Positions 59,469-64,000 of a stretch of DNA of 64,000 nucleotides are shown here, one piece after another. The stretch is taken from assembly GCA_049322915.1 (NCBI GenBank), contig JBMOPW010000028.1, positions 2,965 through 66,964 on the forward strand, read 5' to 3'. The notes beneath the pieces were generated by a model. That model was not told the DNA's origin. It did not search any database and was given only the letters and a program-made list of their open reading frames with translations. Made by a program: the position numbers and the translations under genes. The DNA comes from Candidatus Zhuqueibacterota bacterium (lineage in GTDB: Bacteria > Zhuqueibacterota > Zhuqueibacteria > Thermofontimicrobiales > Thermofontimicrobiaceae). Within the stretch, counting starts at the first letter, position 1. Each line of letters opens with the position of its first letter.

Positions 59469-59520
59469 CGGCGCAGCGCAACTCACTCGACCATCGAAAC
59501 CAAATTGAAGGGGCAAACTC

Positions 59521-60813
59521 GTGGAACACGGTCGGCAGAAACATGTTGATGATGTGCAGACTTTGATCGATCGCATGAATTTCTTGCACGCGGTCTCTCA
59601 GAAAATTTCCGAAATGAAATCATTGCCGGATCTGCTGAATGATATTCTGGAAAGCAGCAAGCTCGTTGTGAACGCCGAAGCCAGTTCCCTGCTGCTCTAC
59701 GATCCCGGCGATGGCGCGCTGCATTTTCAGGTGGCCACTGGCGACAAGGGCACGCTGGTGAAAGAGTTCAGCGTGGAAATGGGGGCTGGCATTGCCGGCT
59801 GGGTGGCGCAGCACCGACAGTCGCTGTTGATTCAGGACTGCTATCGGGATCCGAGATTCAATCCGGATTACGATAAAAGATCACATTTCAAAACCAGGTC
59901 CATGATCTGCGTGCCGCTGATTCGGAAAGAAGCGCTGCTGGGGGTGATTGAAGTGATCAATAAAAAAGGCGGCGGCATTTTCGACGAATGGGATTTATCC
60001 ATCTTTGAAACCCTGGCTGCTCAGTGCGCCATTGCCATTGAAAACGCGCGGCTCATCGAAATTCAGATCGAGACAAAGGCGCTGGAGCGGGAACTGGAGA
60101 CCGCCCGATCGATTCAGCAAAAGCTGCTGCCGGCGCAATTGCCTAAATATCAGGATGTCGAGGTCGCGGCAAAGCTGATCCCGGCAAAGCAGGTCGGAGG
60201 CGATTATTACACGATTTTGAAAATCAACGATGACGAAACCCTATTGCTCATTGCCGACGTGGCCGGCAAGGGGATCCCGGCCGCTCTGATCGTCTCCACG
60301 GTCGATTCCTGCCTGCACACCTTCCTCAAATTGAATCACCAGTCGTTCGAACTACTGCCCTTCATGGATGGTTTGAACCGAGTTCTGATAGATTCGGTCA
60401 CATCCGATAAATTTGTCACCTGCTGGTGCGGGCTGTACAATCACACCAGTCGGACGCTGATGAGCGTCAACGCCGGGCATAATCCGCCCTATCTGCTGCA
60501 GAAAGGCGCTACCGCGCCGATTGAGTTGAATGCAGGAGGATTATTTCTGGGCATCTTCAGTCAGAGTTTTGAAGGACAATCCCTTGCCATGAATTCCGGC
60601 GATGTGCTTGTATTTTACACGGATGGCGTCACCGAGGCGTTGAACGAGCAGGGACAGGAATACGAGGAAGCCCGGCTGATTCGATTGCTGGGAACGTGCG
60701 GTGCGAATTCAGCCGGGGAAATTTTGGCGGCCATTGAGCAGGATGTCCGGATGCATGTCGGCGATGCCCAGCAGAGCGATGATTTTACATGCGCGGTTTT
60801 GCGAGTGAAATGA
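59521..60813 (+). CDS. GAF-domain PP2C-type (SpoIIE/RsbU-family) serine phosphatase
   Basis: The GAF-like N-terminus reads 'LLLYDPGDGALHFQVATGDKG...AGIAGWVAQH'. The PPM region includes 'GGDYYTIL', 'LLLIADVAGKGIPAALIVS' and 'VLVFYTDGVTEA'. Confidence 0.8.
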   Translation: MEHGRQKHVDDVQTLIDRMNFLHAVSQKISEMKSLPDLLNDILESSKLVVNAEASSLLLYDPGDGALHFQVATGDKGTLVKEFSVEMGAGIAGWVAQHRQSLLIQDCYRDPRFNPDYDKRSHFKTRSMICVPLIRKEALLGVIEVINKKGGGIFDEWDLSIFETLAAQCAIAIENARLIEIQIETKALERELETARSIQQKLLPAQLPKYQDVEVAAKLIPAKQVGGDYYTILKINDDETLLLIADVAGKGIPAALIVSTVDSCLHTFLKLNHQSFELLPFMDGLNRVLIDSVTSDKFVTCWCGLYNHTSRTLMSVNAGHNPPYLLQKGATAPIELNAGGLFLGIFSQSFEGQSLAMNSGDVLVFYTDGVTEALNEQGQEYEEARLIRLLGTCGANSAGEILAAIEQDVRMHVGDAQQSDDFTCAVLRVK

Positions 60814-60879
60814 AAATTCTTTTGCTGCACTTGTAACTTGAATCCAGAGCTTATAATGTAAATGACTTTTGAATGTAGG

Positions 60880-61535
60880 AATGTCAGACTCCGTCAGGAG
60901 TCAAATCTTTGTTGTAATTCGTGGTAACAATTTACAAAACTCCGTAGGAGTGGAAGAGAATAGATGGAGGGCAAACGCGATGCCGAATACCTTCACACAG
61001 ATTTATATCCAGGTTGTCTTTGCAGTTAAGAATCGGCAGGCGCTAATCCACAATGATTATGAGGATGAATTATTCAAATATATCGCCGGAATAATCCGGA
61101 ATGGAAACCAGAAACTTTTTGCCATCAATGGTATTCCAGATCATATCCATATTTTCATAGGTATTCATCCGAATATCGCTCTATCGGATTTGGTGCGCGA
61201 TGTGAAAAATAGTTCATCAAAATTTTTGAATTCACATAGACTGGTTTCCGGAAATTTCAACTGGCAGGAGGGATTTGGAGCTTTTTCTTACAGTCATTCA
61301 CAGATCGATGCAGTAGTAAAATATATTCAGAGGCAAAAGCTTCACCATACAAAGCAGCCATTCAGGGAAGAATATCTCGACATGCTGAAAAAGTTACATA
61401 TCAATTATGATGAAAAATATCTGTTTGAATGGATTGATCAGGGAGCGCAATAATACTGTGTCACCCCTAAAGGGGTTTCAATTTTGACGGTTATGAATTG
61501 GCTACGAATAGGATACCCCTGACGGGGTAGAGGCG
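60880..61535 (+). mobile_element. IS200/IS605-family minimal element (tnpA only) with subterminal hairpins
   Basis: The left end has hairpins 'gactccGTCAggagtc' (60887-60902) and 'actccGTAggagt' (60939-60951) with a 'TTAC' just upstream. The right end has hairpins 'ccccTAAAgggg' (61464-61475, followed by 'TCAA') and 'accccTGACggggt' (61514-61527). Confidence 0.6.
60980..61453 (+). CDS. tnpA: IS200-like Y1 (HuH) transposase TnpA or a REP-associated tyrosine transposase
   Basis: The N-terminal beta-strand is 'QIYIQVVFAVKNRQ', the HuH motif is 'PDHIHIFIG', and a C-terminal helix carries Tyr ('GAFSYS...VKYIQRQ'). The product is about 157 aa. RBS GGAGGG; the track ORF begins at 60869. Confidence 0.75.
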   Translation: MPNTFTQIYIQVVFAVKNRQALIHNDYEDELFKYIAGIIRNGNQKLFAINGIPDHIHIFIGIHPNIALSDLVRDVKNSSSKFLNSHRLVSGNFNWQEGFGAFSYSHSQIDAVVKYIQRQKLHHTKQPFREEYLDMLKKLHINYDEKYLFEWIDQGAQ

Positions 61536-61747
61536 AAGCTGGCTATCTCAAATAGTCGGGAATACCCCGATGCCAAAATTTGAATTCGAATTTGAAGTGG
61601 CATTGAATGGTTCTCTTTAACATTGTCCGGGGAAAAACACTCTGGCAGTCGACATGGAGTATGAGAAATCCATATGCTCTTTGCATTTCGATATCATGTT
61701 GTCACAGTGAAAATAAATAATACCAAACAATAAGGGAGAGTATAAAT

Positions 61748-62365
61748 ATGATTAATTATTTATTTGATACACTTGAAGATTGGAGACATCTGCCAAACTA
61801 CCAACTCGAACGACGAGCCGATATTTTTTTTGCAATCCATTTAAAAACAATCTTAAAGCACACACACAATATAGATGTCAAGGCGATTATTCCAGAATTT
61901 CCAATACGTATTGGCAGTATTTATCCTGACAAACACAACAATAAGTCTTATAAAGTTGACTATGCTGTTTTCGATTCGAGTAAATGTTATCTGATCGAAT
62001 TAAAAACAGATGATGGTTCTGCAAAAGAAAGTCAATTTATAAATTATTTCGAAGCTATTGAAATCGGCTTTGAGTCGATAGTGAAGGGAATACTCGATAT
62101 TGTCGAAGCAACGGAAGATAAATATAAAAGCAAATATTTATATCTTATTGAGAAGCTTACAAATATTAACGCTATTAATAATGGCCGTGTTTCGAGTATA
62201 TACTCCTTTCATGAAAAGCCAATTTGTATAAAACCAACTGGTGAGGACGTTGATAAAATAATTGTAATAAATTTTATGAGGATTAGTCGCATTCTCAATC
62301 AGGAAAATGATGGATTGACTATTGCATTCAGAAATGCATTAGATAAATGGGTTAAGCCTGCTTAA
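61748..62365 (+). CDS. AT-rich hypothetical protein with a PD-(D/E)xK-like nuclease motif
   Basis: 'ERRADIFFAIH...VDYAVFDSSKCYLIELKTDDG' gives the E...D...ExK pattern. The composition is distinctly AT-rich relative to the flanks, and the RBS is 'AAGGGAGAG'. Confidence 0.5.
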   Translation: MINYLFDTLEDWRHLPNYQLERRADIFFAIHLKTILKHTHNIDVKAIIPEFPIRIGSIYPDKHNNKSYKVDYAVFDSSKCYLIELKTDDGSAKESQFINYFEAIEIGFESIVKGILDIVEATEDKYKSKYLYLIEKLTNINAINNGRVSSIYSFHEKPICIKPTGEDVDKIIVINFMRISRILNQENDGLTIAFRNALDKWVKPA

Positions 62366-62544
62366 TAAATGCGGGTGTAAATTGAATTCAAGTATATTTT
62401 TTTTAAAAATAATCGGCCGCGCCTGTCATTCGCACGCTGACGCATGGCGTTAATCTTTTCCCGGTATTCTAAAAATTGTCTTTTCACAAAAGCCAGTCAC
62501 TGAAAAAAAATAGAAAAATCACTCGATCCTACCCTGGAGGGACC

Positions 62545-64000
62545 ATGATATTGAAAAAAAATGGGATATTGAGGGACATTGCCTGTGGACTGATTTTGGT
62601 GCTATTCCAAATCGTCCCGGCCCGGGCGGAAATTACCCCGCCGGAAAAATATCTGGGCTTTGCGCCCGGCGCGGATTTCTATTTGATGACGTACGAGCAG
62701 GCCATCGGCTATTTCGAATTGTTGGCCGGGCAGACCGATAGAATGATTGTGCTGGATATGGGGGCCACCTCCGAGGGCCGGCGCATGAAATACGGTGTGA
62801 TCTCTTCGGCTGAAAACCTGGCCCGTCTGGACTATTTTAAAGATTTGAATAAAAAGCTGACATTGGCGCAGGGCGCGTCTGAAGCCGATGCGAAAAAATT
62901 GGCCGATGAGGGAAAGGCCATTGTCTGGATCGATGGCGGGCTTCACGGCACCGAAGTCGCGCCGGCGCAACTGCTGCCCCAATTGGCATACGATCTGGTC
63001 ACGATGGAGGACGCACGCACAAAATCCATTCGCGAGAATGTCATTGCGCTCATTGTGTTCGCCAACCCGGATGGCATGACCATTGTCTCCGACTGGTACA
63101 TGCCCAACGTGGGCACGCCGTACGAGGTGAGCCCGATTCCCTGGCTCTATCACAAATACGCCGGGCACGATAACAACCGCGATTCCTTTGTGTCCAACCT
63201 GATCGAAACGAAGAACATGAACATCGCCACTTCGCTGGAGTGGTTCCCGCATATTTTGTACAATCAGCACCAGACAGCGCCATTCCCGGCGCGCATCTGG
63301 ATACCGCCGGATGCCGAGCCCACAAATCCCAATATTCATCCCATCATCATTCGCTGGAAAAATCTGTTTGGCGCGGCCATGGGCAAAGCCTTCGAAGAGG
63401 CCGGTCAGCCGGGGGCTATTTCCCGCGTTCTGTTCGATACGTGGTATCCCGGCTATGCCACGCAGGTGGTGGATGGCCACAACACCATCTCCATCCTCAC
63501 GGAGACGCAGCTTTATCGCTATGCCACGCCCCAGTTCTATCACCTGCAGGACTTCCCCCGCGAGCACCAGGATTTGACCAAAGGCGTGTTCTATCCCAGT
63601 CCCTGGACAGGCGGCTGGTGGCGCATCGGCGACGCTGTGAAGTACAACTGGACCGCGTGCATGGCAGTGCTGGAAACAGCGGTCAAGTTCCGTTACGACC
63701 TGCTGTTCGACAAATGGCGCATCGGCAGGGATGTCATCGACCAGTTTTCAAGCGAGCCGCCCTACGGCTGGATTGTTCCGGCGGAGCAGCGCGATCCCTT
63801 TTCATCGGCCAATCTCATCGACAAGTTGCTCATTACCGGCATCGATGTTTTTCAGGCGGAGACCGGTTTCGAGCATAACGGGATTCAGTATGCCAAAGGT
63901 TCGTACATCGTCCCCACCAGTCAGGCGTTCGGACTGTTTGTGAAGAATTTATTCGAGAAGCAGGATTATCCTGATCTTCGAAAATACAAGCACCTGTGGC
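62545..64000 (+). CDS. M14-family zinc carboxypeptidase, 3'-truncated by the window edge
   Basis: The frame is open from the ATG at 62545 (RBS GGAGGG) to the window end, so it is absent from the ORF track. The signal peptide is 'ILRDIACGLILVLFQIVPARA'. 'IDGGLHGTEVAP' is the HxxE zinc ligand region, and 'HKYAGHDNNRD' and 'ETQLYRY' are also present. Confidence 0.75.
   Translation, partial: MILKKNGILRDIACGLILVLFQIVPARAEITPPEKYLGFAPGADFYLMTYEQAIGYFELLAGQTDRMIVLDMGATSEGRRMKYGVISSAENLARLDYFKDLNKKLTLAQGASEADAKKLADEGKAIVWIDGGLHGTEVAPAQLLPQLAYDLVTMEDARTKSIRENVIALIVFANPDGMTIVSDWYMPNVGTPYEVSPIPWLYHKYAGHDNNRDSFVSNLIETKNMNIATSLEWFPHILYNQHQTAPFPARIWIPPDAEPTNPNIHPIIIRWKNLFGAAMGKAFEEAGQPGAISRVLFDTWYPGYATQVVDGHNTISILTETQLYRYATPQFYHLQDFPREHQDLTKGVFYPSPWTGGWWRIGDAVKYNWTACMAVLETAVKFRYDLLFDKWRIGRDVIDQFSSEPPYGWIVPAEQRDPFSSANLIDKLLITGIDVFQAETGFEHNGIQYAKGSYIVPTSQAFGLFVKNLFEKQDYPDLRKYKHLW

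Noticed and set aside
62602-63567. A 321-aa minus-strand ORF, the only long ORF the track shows in this region
   Set aside because: The plus-strand frame starting at 62545 encodes a clear M14 carboxypeptidase ('HGTEV', 'HKYAGHDNNRD'). It is missing from the track only because it runs off the window end without a stop codon.
1-64000. CRISPR arrays, tRNA genes and rRNA genes
   Set aside because: There are no regularly spaced short direct repeats. No cloverleaf-compatible segments with GTTCGAATCC-type T-arms were seen. No long rRNA-like conserved stretches were seen either. The 172-bp tandem repeat and the ~350-bp inverted-repeat element do not have CRISPR geometry.

Overview
This 64 kb window looks like bacterial chromosome at moderately high GC, probably from an FCB-group organism (Bacteroidota-like or a related candidate phylum). 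That guess rests on three large proteins ending in the Por/T9SS C-terminal sorting domain ('NYPNPFNP...K'), a propeller-sensor histidine kinase, LytS/LytTR and ECF sigma/anti-sigma pairs, and a TonB-dependent receptor. Most of the window is a secretome locus dominated by peptidases: M1, C26, two M28, M19, S9, M14 and a C45-like Ntn hydrolase. Near the 3' end there is a poly-gamma-glutamate synthase module (pgsB, pgsC and a membrane-anchored third gene) followed by a GAF-PP2C phosphatase. No rRNA, tRNA or CRISPR array was seen. The strongest candidate for a new system is an AT-rich island of four co-oriented genes at about 28.0-31.2 kb. It encodes a protein with an HEPN-type Rx4H motif, a single-pass membrane protein, a YfbU/UPF0304-family protein and a small polytopic membrane protein, which together look like a toxin or abortive-infection-type defence cassette. 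Other points of interest are a one-gene IS200/IS605-like element with subterminal hairpins beside an AT-rich PD-(D/E)xK-like gene, a near-perfect 172-bp tandem duplication, and a roughly 350-bp inverted-repeat element. There are also two T9SS cargo proteins that share a PKD-LamG-CTD cassette, a truncated CheY paralogue, an orphan propeller-sensor gene fragment, and an M28 peptidase fused to a degenerate M19-like domain.
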